Assembly (NCBI GenBank): GCA_017468205.1
Contig: JAFUJK010000012.1
Location: 2,256 to 66,255 of the forward strand
Length of the DNA: 64,000 bases
Direction: 5' to 3'
Origin: Clostridia bacterium
GTDB taxonomy: Bacteria > Bacillota > Clostridia > Christensenellales > UBA1242
Positions 20,799 through 28,242 of the stretch are shown one piece after another (the first letter of the stretch is position 1; every line of letters begins with the position of its first letter). The translations under genes were made by a program, and so were the position numbers. The notes beneath the pieces are model-generated. The model searched no databases and had not been told where the DNA came from. It worked only from the letters and a program-made list of their open reading frames with translations.

Positions 20799-21395
20799 TT
20801 AAGCAGCCGCTGGAGCGTCAGCCAATGTGTAGTTCTCTGGGTCGATTACGAACTTGTAAGTACGTTCGTTTTCTTCTGTACCGTCAAAACTAATTGACAA
20901 TGTCAAAGTTCTAATAGAGTTATCAACACCTTGGTAGAAGAAGTAAGTAGTGTTCTTTGTTGTGTCGTTTCCAGAACCAAAGCCACCGTGCTTAACTTTC
21001 TCGTTTGCAGTACCTTTGTCAATAATACAGTAGAAACCAGTTTGTTCTTCTGCATCCCATGATACTCTTTCAAGAGTGTCAGATGTAAATCTAATCAAAG
21101 CGAAGTGTTTACGGCCATTGTCATCTGCATCAACATATCCCAATGCACGAGCTGTTTCAATATCGTACTCAACTGTACCTTTCAAAGTGTAAACAGCTTC
21201 AAAACCCTCCTCGCTTGATTTTTCCCATGTTGTAGCGGCTACATTGTATTGTTCGCCTTCAATGTTACCACCAAAGTTGATGGTGTACAAACTCTTTGAG
21301 CCACAAGCAGCAAAACTAAGCGCACAGAATGCAATCAACAAAACAGCACACATAGTCATTGCAAATGTCTTTGCTCTACTAGCAGTTTTTTCCAT
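20799..21395 (-). CDS. putative lipoprotein
   Basis: 198 aa. Signal peptide ending in the lipobox LSFAAC-GS. Confidence 0.7.
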   Translation of the reverse strand: MEKTASRAKTFAMTMCAVLLIAFCALSFAACGSKSLYTINFGGNIEGEQYNVAATTWEKSSEEGFEAVYTLKGTVEYDIETARALGYVDADDNGRKHFALIRFTSDTLERVSWDAEEQTGFYCIIDKGTANEKVKHGGFGSGNDTTKNTTYFFYQGVDNSIRTLTLSISFDGTEENERTYKFVIDPENYTLADAPAAA

Positions 21396-21717
21396 TTGTT
21401 TTTCTCCTTATAAATTTTTTATTGTAACCTTTTAGGTCGTTCACATTATATAATAAAACAAATAAAAATAGCAAGCATTTTTATTAAATTTTTATAAAAA
21501 TTCAGATAATGCATATTATTTCACATAAATTTCACAAAACTACCCCATTTCTTACTAAAAAATCGTTATTTTTGCATAATGTTACAACATTCCTTTCTTT
21601 ATTTATTAGTAAAAATTACTAATAATCGTATGATATTGACTTATATTTACATTTTTTTACAAAATTATGCTCAAATTTTGAGATTTTTAACACAAACGAT
21701 AAAAAATAACTTAAAAT

Positions 21718-21978
21718 ATGTGTATGTTAAATGAAACTTTAAAGAGATTAAGACATTCCGAGAGTTTAACGCAAAAAGAACTTGCTGAAAAATTGTCAAC
21801 ATCTAGACAAAACATATCCCACCTTGAAAGTGGATATATTGAACCTAGCATTGAGATGCTGCGTAAGTACTGCACCTACTTTGGGGTATCAGCGGACGAA
21901 CTTCTTGAAATGGACGCATTGCGTAGAGAATACGAACTTGGAATACGAGTGTTGGGACGCCCAATTAAGAAAAAGTAG
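21718..21978 (+). CDS. XRE-family helix-turn-helix transcriptional regulator
   Basis: 86 aa. LTQKELAEKLSTSRQNISHLESG is the classic Cro/C1 HTH. Confidence 0.75.
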   Translation: MCMLNETLKRLRHSESLTQKELAEKLSTSRQNISHLESGYIEPSIEMLRKYCTYFGVSADELLEMDALRREYELGIRVLGRPIKKK

Positions 21979-22040
21979 AACCAAATGATTAATGGGCTCT
22001 TTTTTTCACGCGCTGAAATTAAAAAATATAAATTAAAATA

Positions 22041-22070
22041 GAAAAACAAGGATTGTAATCCTTGTCTTTT
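22041..22070. terminator. bidirectional terminator between XRE gene and rplA
   Basis: ACAAGGA-ttgtaa-TCCTTGT 7-bp stem flanked by A- and T-runs. Confidence 0.65.
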
Positions 22071-22072
22071 CA

Positions 22073-22756
22073 TTAAGCTTGCACTTTAATGCCAGGTCCC
22101 ATAGTAACAGCCATTGTTACACTACGAAGGTAAGTACCCTTACTTGCAGCAGGCTTAGCACGAACGATAGCGTCCATAAGTGCTTGGTAGTTTTCCATAA
22201 GTTTTTCAGCGCCAAAGCTTACTTTACCAATAGGACAGTGAATGATGTTGCTCTTGTCCAAACGGTACTCAACTTTACCAGCGCGAACATCGTTAATCGC
22301 CTTAGTGATGTCTTGTGTAACTGTACCGCTCTTAACGTTTGGCATCAAACCTTTAGGTCCAAGCACGCGAGCGACTCTACCTACAGCACCGAACATATCA
22401 GGTGTAGTAATACAAACATCGAAGTCAAGCCAACCTTGACCAGAAATTTTAGCGATAATTTCTTCAGCGCCTACATAGTCAGCACCAGCAGCAGTAGCTT
22501 CATCAGCCTTGTCGCCTTTTGCAATAACTAAGATGCGAACTTTCTTACCTGTACCAGCAGGCAATACAACAGTACCACGAACTTGTTGGTCTGCCTGGTG
22601 CCCGTCAACACCTAACTTACTGTGGAGTTCAACGGTTTCGTCAAATTTTGCGGTTGCGGTTTTAATAGCCAAGTCAATAGCCTCGGCAGGGTTGTACATT
22701 TTAGCTGAATCAACTAATGCAGCAGCAGCTTCATATTTCTTACTCATTTTAGCCAT
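22073..22756 (-). CDS. rplA: 50S ribosomal protein L1
   Basis: 227 aa. [16 protein letters not shown]..., colinear with L1 and following rplK. Confidence 0.93.
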   Translation of the reverse strand: MAKMSKKYEAAAALVDSAKMYNPAEAIDLAIKTATAKFDETVELHSKLGVDGHQADQQVRGTVVLPAGTGKKVRILVIAKGDKADEATAAGADYVGAEEIIAKISGQGWLDFDVCITTPDMFGAVGRVARVLGPKGLMPNVKSGTVTQDITKAINDVRAGKVEYRLDKSNIIHCPIGKVSFGAEKLMENYQALMDAIVRAKPAASKGTYLRSVTMAVTMGPGIKVQA

Positions 22757-22770
22757 AACATATCCCCCTC

Positions 22771-23205
22771 TTACTCGTCGTCAACAACGGTAATACCCAT
22801 ACTACGAGCACTACCTGCAATCATTGACATTGCAGCTTCAATAGAAGCAGCATTCAAGTCCTTCATTTTTGTTTCCGCAATTTCACGAATTTGTTTCTTT
22901 GTGATTTTACCAACGTTCATTTTTGGAGTTTTTGCACTACCCTTTTCAACGCCGATAGCTTTCTTAATCAATACTGCAGCAGGTGGAGTTTTGTAAGTAA
23001 TGTCAAAACTACGGTCTGCATAAATTTTAATGATTACTGGTATAATCAATCCAACTTGGTTTGAGGTTGCATCGTTGAATTGCTTAATAAAAGCACCGAT
23101 GTTTACACCGTGGGGACCAAGCGCACCACCGAGTTGCTGACCCGCTGTCGCCTTACCAGCTGGCAACTGAGCCTTAACAACTGCAACAGGTTTTCTTTCT
23201 GCCAT
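22771..23205 (-). CDS. rplK: 50S ribosomal protein L11
   Basis: Start moved to the ATG at 23205 (GGAGGAATAATT upstream). [36 protein letters not shown] is the canonical L11 N-terminus. Confidence 0.93.
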   Translation of the reverse strand: MAERKPVAVVKAQLPAGKATAGQQLGGALGPHGVNIGAFIKQFNDATSNQVGLIIPVIIKIYADRSFDITYKTPPAAVLIKKAIGVEKGSAKTPKMNVGKITKKQIREIAETKMKDLNAASIEAAMSMIAGSARSMGITVVDDE

Positions 23206-23297
23206 AATTATTCCTCCATTGTGGTTCATTCGACCGACAAATGCAAAATATTTTTGTCGTTCTCCCACTTTTTGGTCTTGGCTAGACCTAAACAAAT

Positions 23298-23386
23298 GTG
23301 CCTAGCGCGCGTACGCGAAAATTTGCGTACGGCAAGCGGACGCTTGCTACCGCCAGCCCCATTTGGGGCGCGGGCGCGCTAGGCAC
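23298..23386. other. GC-rich 89-nt four-way-junction element A (13-bp closing stem plus three hairpins)
   Basis: GTGCCTAGCGCGC (23298-23310) pairs with GCGCGCTAGGCAC (23374-23386). The internal hairpins are GTACGC/GCGTAC (23311-23330), GCAAGC/GCTTGC (23332-23347) and GCCCC/GGGGC (23356-23369). All pairs are Watson-Crick. Confidence 0.6.
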
Positions 23387-23408
23387 CGCCGTAAAAGCTT
23401 TGTGTAGT

Positions 23409-23939
23409 TTAAAGTTTTGTAACTTGCGAATAAGGCAATTCTAATGGTGTCTCTCTACCGAACATATTTACAATTACACTACAACGCTGATTTTCAGCAT
23501 CAACTTTTGTAACCTTGCAAACAGTATTAACGAGAGCACCGCTTAAAATTCGAACTTCGTCGCCAACCTCAAGAGTAAAGTCAACAATAACTTTCTCAAG
23601 ATGCATTTTGCGAATTTCCTCGTCTGTCAAAGGAAGTGGGCGACCTTTAGGACCAACAAACCCAGTAATACCACGAGTGTGTGTAATTGTATGCCAAATG
23701 TCATCACCATATATCATTTTAATAAATATGTAGCAAGGCATTGACTTACGGGTAACAATCTTGCGTTTGCCGTTGTTTTCCTCAATGACGTCCTCAGTAG
23801 GGATAACAATCTCAAAAATACGATTGTGCAAATTACCATTCTCAACAACTTGTTCAAGGTTTTGTTTAGCAACAGCCTCATAACCTGAAAAAGTGTGAAG
23901 GACATACCATTTAGGTTCTGTACTCATAAAATTGGACAT
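23409..23939 (-). CDS. nusG: transcription termination/antitermination factor NusG
   Basis: 176 aa. KWYVLHTFSGYE (NGN domain) and a C-terminal KOW (GDEVRILSGAL...). Confidence 0.92.
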   Translation of the reverse strand: MSNFMSTEPKWYVLHTFSGYEAVAKQNLEQVVENGNLHNRIFEIVIPTEDVIEENNGKRKIVTRKSMPCYIFIKMIYGDDIWHTITHTRGITGFVGPKGRPLPLTDEEIRKMHLEKVIVDFTLEVGDEVRILSGALVNTVCKVTKVDAENQRCSVIVNMFGRETPLELPYSQVTKL

Positions 23940-23951
23940 AATTCCCCCTCC

Positions 23952-24494
23952 CTAGACAATAGGATTTCCTTGGAATAAGTTGTAAAGCATTGACAATAAG
24001 AAGTCAAAAGCAAACAACACTACGCTAAAGAAGATAACGACAGCCAAAACGACACCAGTCTTTTTAACAACATCCTTGAAACTTGGCCAACTTACCTTTT
24101 TAAGTTCGCTAACTGTTTCTTTAATGCGTTTACCAGCGCCTTTCTTTTCCTTGACAGGTTTTTTCTTTACGTCTTTCTTTTTCTTGTCGACAGTTTCGAC
24201 CTTTTTCTCTTCGGTCTTAACTACCTCTTCGTTTTCTACCTCTTTCGCTTCAACGCCATCTTCTGGCGCAATAACCTCATCAGCAGTAACACTTTGAGCT
24301 TGTTGCTCTTCGGCTTCCTGAGCAAGTTTAGCCTCTAACTTTGCTTGTTCACGAGCTTCTGCTTCTTCCTGCTTTCTTTTTTCAGCCTCGGCATTTTCTT
24401 TTTCAATCATTTTGTTTTGATTGATAAGTGCCTTGATATTTTTAGCATTTGAAGTATTTCCACTGCTCTTTTTTGACTTGGATTTTTTAGCCAT
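23952..24494 (-). CDS. secE: preprotein translocase subunit SecE with ~120-aa Lys/Glu/Ala-rich N-terminal extension
   Basis: The C-terminal ~55 aa (VSELKKVSWPSFKDVVKKTGVVLAVVIFFSVVLFAFDFLL) match SecE. The position between rpmG and nusG fits. Confidence 0.8.
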   Translation of the reverse strand: MAKKSKSKKSSGNTSNAKNIKALINQNKMIEKENAEAEKRKQEEAEAREQAKLEAKLAQEAEEQQAQSVTADEVIAPEDGVEAKEVENEEVVKTEEKKVETVDKKKKDVKKKPVKEKKGAGKRIKETVSELKKVSWPSFKDVVKKTGVVLAVVIFFSVVLFAFDFLLSMLYNLFQGNPIV

Positions 24495-24520
24495 ATTGCC
24501 TCCTAATTCGCAACTAATAA

Positions 24521-24670
24521 TTATTTACTTTCTTTGTGCACAGTGTGCTTTTTGCAGAATGGGCAGTACATACTAATTTCCATACGGTCTGGGTCATTCT
24601 TTTTGTTCTTTTCAGAAGTGTGAGTGTATCTCTTGCATTCTGTACAAGCTAATTTAATGTTTACGCGCAT
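24521..24670 (-). CDS. rpmG: 50S ribosomal protein L33 (not in the ORF track, 49 aa)
   Basis: Hand translation gives [49 protein letters not shown]. It has the CxxC...CxxC zinc ribbon, GAGGT upstream, and precedes secE. Confidence 0.88.
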   Translation of the reverse strand: MRVNIKLACTECKRYTHTSEKNKKNDPDRMEISMYCPFCKKHTVHKESK

Positions 24671-24770
24671 TTTAGTACCTCATTTAATAAAAAATTACAC
24701 TACTTTACGGCAGTGTGTAAAGTAGTATAACATAAGATATCAAAAAAATCAAGAGAAAAATCTAAAATTT

Positions 24771-25760
24771 TTATGCAAATTTGGGCATTTCTTTATCTTT
24801 TTCGTTAATATTAGGCAAGGTAAGAGTAACATTTGTTCCGATTTTTTGAATTTTTGTTGCCTTTTCCTTACAATATAATCCAAAAGGACATAGTCCTATG
24901 ATTTCAAGTTCAGCAAGAACAATATCACGCTCCGAGACATTTTTGCCATATCCAGACTTCACATCGTCAAAATGCTCAAAGCCCTTAATTTCCCCATACT
25001 GCGAACCATAATCATCACCCTTCATATTGCAAGTCATACAATAATACATTGCATCGCGGTCTATCATTCTTAATTCAATTTTATCCGTTTTTATATAACC
25101 ATCTAGACTTTCGCATATATCTTTAAAAAGGGCTTTCTTTTGCTCTTTATCCAAATCAAGTTCGGCGACAGACGAATGAATGAATTGAGTTATTTTCTCC
25201 TTATCCTTCGTCATATCTTTTCCGTCTAGCAAAACTCGCCAAAATCCAGCATATCGAGAAGAAAAATCAAGAGCAACAGCTGGGTAAGGCGTGAAATATA
25301 GATATTTCCCTTTATCTTTGCTATAAGCAAAAGCCTTCACAATACTATTCTCTGGTTGTGTTTCCATTAAATGGTTAAATTTATATGGGAAATCAATATA
25401 CGAGCGATTACTCACTTTTTGAGCATTAAACATAAGACCATAGCGAAAAAAATTGCGTGAAAATTGTGAGTAAATACTTCGAGGTGCTGGATTAAAATCC
25501 CTTTCTTCAATTTGTCTAGCCAAAGTCTTGTAAATGCATTGAGCAGTAACTTTGGCATATTCCAAAGGACAAGTCGCGCCCTCTATCGCCTCGTAATAAT
25601 CAGCCATTGGAAATTCCCTAGTTGCTATCACATAATTTAAAAAACAAGACACGTATGAATTATACAAATTCCCTGCGCTTCTTGCTTTTGCCTGAAAAGC
25701 CTCTTTTTCCAAAAAACTTTTGAGCGATTTTAATAAAAATTGATTATCGTGTAAAGCCAT
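24771..25760 (-). CDS. hypothetical protein (orphan operon, gene 2)
   Basis: 329 aa with AAAGGA upstream and no motif I recognise. C-terminal Cys pairs are CMTC ... CPFGLYC. Confidence 0.55.
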   Translation of the reverse strand: MALHDNQFLLKSLKSFLEKEAFQAKARSAGNLYNSYVSCFLNYVIATREFPMADYYEAIEGATCPLEYAKVTAQCIYKTLARQIEERDFNPAPRSIYSQFSRNFFRYGLMFNAQKVSNRSYIDFPYKFNHLMETQPENSIVKAFAYSKDKGKYLYFTPYPAVALDFSSRYAGFWRVLLDGKDMTKDKEKITQFIHSSVAELDLDKEQKKALFKDICESLDGYIKTDKIELRMIDRDAMYYCMTCNMKGDDYGSQYGEIKGFEHFDDVKSGYGKNVSERDIVLAELEIIGLCPFGLYCKEKATKIQKIGTNVTLTLPNINEKDKEMPKFA

Positions 25761-25781
25761 AATACTATCCTTTTAATCTAC

Positions 25782-26267
25782 CTATTTGTGGAATTGAGTC
25801 TTACTTAACACACGCAAGCCAATACCTGTCGCAATAAGAGCGGTTGCACCAAGAACCAAAGGAGCATCTATAAAACCACCCATTGCATTATACACCTCTC
25901 CCCCAATTTGAGAAACTGCATAGTCGTAACCATAATTTGAAATTATTTCGCTGTTTCTCGATAACAATTCTTGTTCCATCTCATTAAAGTCGCGCTTATA
26001 ATCAAAGATTTGATATAAAGCATACGGAACTGAACCTACCATTGTCGCCTTACCCGCAAAATCAACTTTTTCACGATTATTTTCAATAAAAGTCTTCACT
26101 TTCTGCGCTACAACTGCTCTATCAATCTTTTTACTAAAATTAAAACGCTTGGAAATCTTTGTTGTTTTTTTGGTAGAGCCAATGGTTAATTTCCCAATTT
26201 TAATTACACCTTTATTAGCAATCAATTTTTTTGCATATTTGAACGCTTTGTAGTAAGTAAAAATCAT
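25782..26267 (-). CDS. hypothetical tail-anchored membrane protein (orphan operon, gene 1)
   Basis: Start taken at the ATG at 26267, downstream of a consensus promoter; the TTG at 26324 is itself the -35 hexamer. There is a single C-terminal TM (APLVLGATALIATGIGLRVL). Confidence 0.5.
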   Translation of the reverse strand: MIFTYYKAFKYAKKLIANKGVIKIGKLTIGSTKKTTKISKRFNFSKKIDRAVVAQKVKTFIENNREKVDFAGKATMVGSVPYALYQIFDYKRDFNEMEQELLSRNSEIISNYGYDYAVSQIGGEVYNAMGGFIDAPLVLGATALIATGIGLRVLSKTQFHK

Positions 26268-26295
26268 AGTTTCACCATCCCTATATTCAGCATAA

Positions 26296-26324
26296 ATTAT
26301 ATCAAAAACGCGCGATTTTGTCAA
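26296..26324 (-). promoter_or_regulatory. consensus sigma-A-type promoter (TTGACA-17 nt-TATAAT)
   Basis: The minus strand reads TTGACA (26324-26319), aaatcgcgcgtttttga (17 nt), then TATAAT (26301-26296). Confidence 0.6.
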
Positions 26325-26423
26325 TATGTACTCTAAAAATATTTCGACACAACATATCTAAAAATAATTGCCTTGTATCGGTTTATATGATATAATTCAA
26401 TATAATAAATTTAAGGTGCAAGA

Positions 26424-26909
26424 ATGGCAAAAAGAGATTTTTTATGCAATATAATTTTTAATGTACTTTCACGCGGACTGTGTGTTTTAAACAAAAAAGA
26501 TAGCATCATTAGGCAAGAATTTAATGCATTACCCGACAACTACACAATATCACTTGGGATATTACCTGTTGGGGATTACATATACCTTTTAAAGCGAGAT
26601 GGAAAACTTTTTATCAGCAAAGATTTTTCTGACAAAGTTGATTTAGCCATTACATTTAAAAACGCAAAAAACACCAGAAAAGTTATGCTTGCTAGGTCAA
26701 GCGTAGCGGAAAGTTTTTGTAGGCACGACCTGCTCGTAAGTGGAGATATTGCCGAAGCAATGGTACTAGTCCGCGTCATCAATCGTGCGGAGAAATATCT
26801 ATTCCCTCACTTTATGACCAAGCGCTTTCTACCAAAAATTAAAAAAGAATATTCTTCAATTTTTCTATACTTTCGCATTCTATTTGGACGTTTTAAGTAT
26901 AAAGACTAG
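26424..26909 (+). CDS. hypothetical protein, possible SCP2-like lipid-binding domain
   Basis: 161 aa. DLAITFKNAKNTRKVMLARSSVAESFCRHDLLVSGDIAEAMVLVRVIN resembles the C-terminal part of SCP2 domains. This is a weak call. Confidence 0.35.
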   Translation: MAKRDFLCNIIFNVLSRGLCVLNKKDSIIRQEFNALPDNYTISLGILPVGDYIYLLKRDGKLFISKDFSDKVDLAITFKNAKNTRKVMLARSSVAESFCRHDLLVSGDIAEAMVLVRVINRAEKYLFPHFMTKRFLPKIKKEYSSIFLYFRILFGRFKYKD

Positions 26910-26991
26910 GACGAGCCTCCGCTCTATTTGGAGAGCGGAGCGGAGGGTGCTTCGCACCCGCCTGCGCAAGGCTCGCCTTGCGCGCTCGTCC
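26909..26991. other. GC-rich 83-nt four-way-junction element B (8-bp closing stem plus three hairpins)
   Basis: GGACGAGC (26909-26916) pairs with GCTCGTCC (26984-26991). The hairpins are CTCCGCTCT/AGAGCGGAG (26917-26940), GGGTGC/GCACCC (26945-26959) and GCGCAAGG/CCTTGCGC (26964-26983). All pairs are Watson-Crick. Confidence 0.6.
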
Positions 26992-27026
26992 GCGTGCGTA
27001 AAATCTATAAATCAATCGAGGTAACT

Positions 27027-28202
27027 ATGTCATATTTTGAATTTATCAATTCCGTTAAAATTTGCGCTGGTGAAAATGCGCTTGATAATATTGTTTATGA
27101 GCTTTCATTTCTCAAATGCTCACGTCCGCTAATATTAAGTGATAGTGGCGTATTCAATGCAGGGGTTTTGGATAAAGTTATTGACATTCTAAAAAAGAGT
27201 GATATTCCAACCGATGCCGTTTTTACTGATATACCGGCGGATTCTAGTGTTTTAATTATCAACTACATTGCGAAAATATATTCCGACAAATCTTGCGATG
27301 GAATTATTGCGTGTGGTGGCGGTTCTGTTATTGATACAGCCAAGGGAGTGCGTTTAGTTTTGGCGCAACAAGGAGAAGATATTTTAGCGCTCAAAGGCAA
27401 TGAAATTATCAAAAAAGGCACTCATATTCCCTTTATTGTACTTCCAACAACGTGCGGAACAGGAAGCGAATGCACCGCAGTTGCTGTTATAAAAAACCAC
27501 GAAACAGGCATAAAAATGGAGTATATTTCTAGCGAATTGCTACCTGATACTGCAATAATTGACGTAAGACTTACGGAAACGCTTCCTAAAAAATTAATTG
27601 CAAGTAGCGCGCTTGATGCTCTTGTACATTCAATCGAGGCGTTTTCTAGTGCACAAAAAAATCCAATAAGCGATGTTTATGCGACAACGGCAATTAAAAT
27701 GATTGTTGAAAATTTGCCAATAACACTTAAAAATCCAACAAAAGAAACACGTACAAATTTAGCACTAGCATCTACACTAGCAGGCATAGCATTTAGCAAC
27801 GCAATGGTTGGATTAGTCCACGCAATTGGGCACGCTTGTGGTGGTGAATGCGGAATTCCTCACGGCAACGCGATGGCAATATTGCTACCTGAATGTATGA
27901 AATATAATTTGGATAGTTGCAAGAATGATTATAGCGAATTACTCCTTTATCTTGCTGGGGCTGAAAGTTATGCAAATACTCCCCGCGAAATGAGAGCAAT
28001 AAAAGCGATTGAATTTATCGAAAACTTTGAAAATGAAATTAAAGAACTTTGCAGTCTTGGCTTAAAGTTAAGCGATTATGGAGTTACAAGTGAACAATTC
28101 CCTGCCATTGCTCAAAAAGCAATAAACGATGGCGCAATAATTGTAAATCGAAAAAATGCAGGGGTTGAAGAAATCATTGAAATACTGAAAAAATGCCTCT
28201 AA
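27027..28202 (+). CDS. iron-containing (group III) alcohol dehydrogenase
   Basis: ATG at 27027 after GAGG. GGGSVIDTAKG and the metal-binding His motifs HAIGHACGGECGIPHG are present. The ORF-track N-terminal extension is just a translation of element B. Confidence 0.85.
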   Translation: MSYFEFINSVKICAGENALDNIVYELSFLKCSRPLILSDSGVFNAGVLDKVIDILKKSDIPTDAVFTDIPADSSVLIINYIAKIYSDKSCDGIIACGGGSVIDTAKGVRLVLAQQGEDILALKGNEIIKKGTHIPFIVLPTTCGTGSECTAVAVIKNHETGIKMEYISSELLPDTAIIDVRLTETLPKKLIASSALDALVHSIEAFSSAQKNPISDVYATTAIKMIVENLPITLKNPTKETRTNLALASTLAGIAFSNAMVGLVHAIGHACGGECGIPHGNAMAILLPECMKYNLDSCKNDYSELLLYLAGAESYANTPREMRAIKAIEFIENFENEIKELCSLGLKLSDYGVTSEQFPAIAQKAINDGAIIVNRKNAGVEEIIEILKKCL

Positions 28203-28204
28203 TA

Positions 28205-28240
28205 AAGAAAAAGAACATACTTTCTTGTATGTCCTTTTTT
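28205..28240. terminator. bidirectional terminator between convergent ADH and ABC exporter genes
   Basis: GAACATAC / GTATGTCC stem (one mismatch) with a flanking A-rich run and a T6 run. Confidence 0.55.
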
Positions 28241-28242
28241 CG

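Noticed and set aside
23206-23297. L1-binding autoregulatory site in the rplK leader (minus-strand GTGGGAGAACGACAAA...TTTGTCGGTC hairpin)
   Set aside because: The location and GGGAG motif are suggestive, but I cannot verify the match to the 23S L1-stalk mimic by eye. It is mentioned only as context.
24700-24725. Hairpin CTACTTTAC / GTAAAGTAG between the orphan operon and rpmG as a regulatory attenuator
   Set aside because: It is most simply the terminator of the upstream operon, since a T-run follows on the minus strand. There is no evidence for alternative structures.
26909-26991. Element B (and element A at 23298-23386) as unusual tRNA genes
   Set aside because: They have a cloverleaf topology and tRNA-like length. 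However, the arms are 5-9 bp and the loops are mostly 3-6 nt (one is 8 nt in element A). There is no GTTCRA T-loop, no D-loop GG and no 7-nt anticodon loop.
26928-27026. ORF-track N-terminal extension of the alcohol dehydrogenase (MESGAEGASHPPAQGSPCALVRVRKIYKSIEVT)
   Set aside because: It is simply a translation of GC-rich element B. A GAGG SD and the ATG at 27027 precede the conserved Fe-ADH N-terminus.
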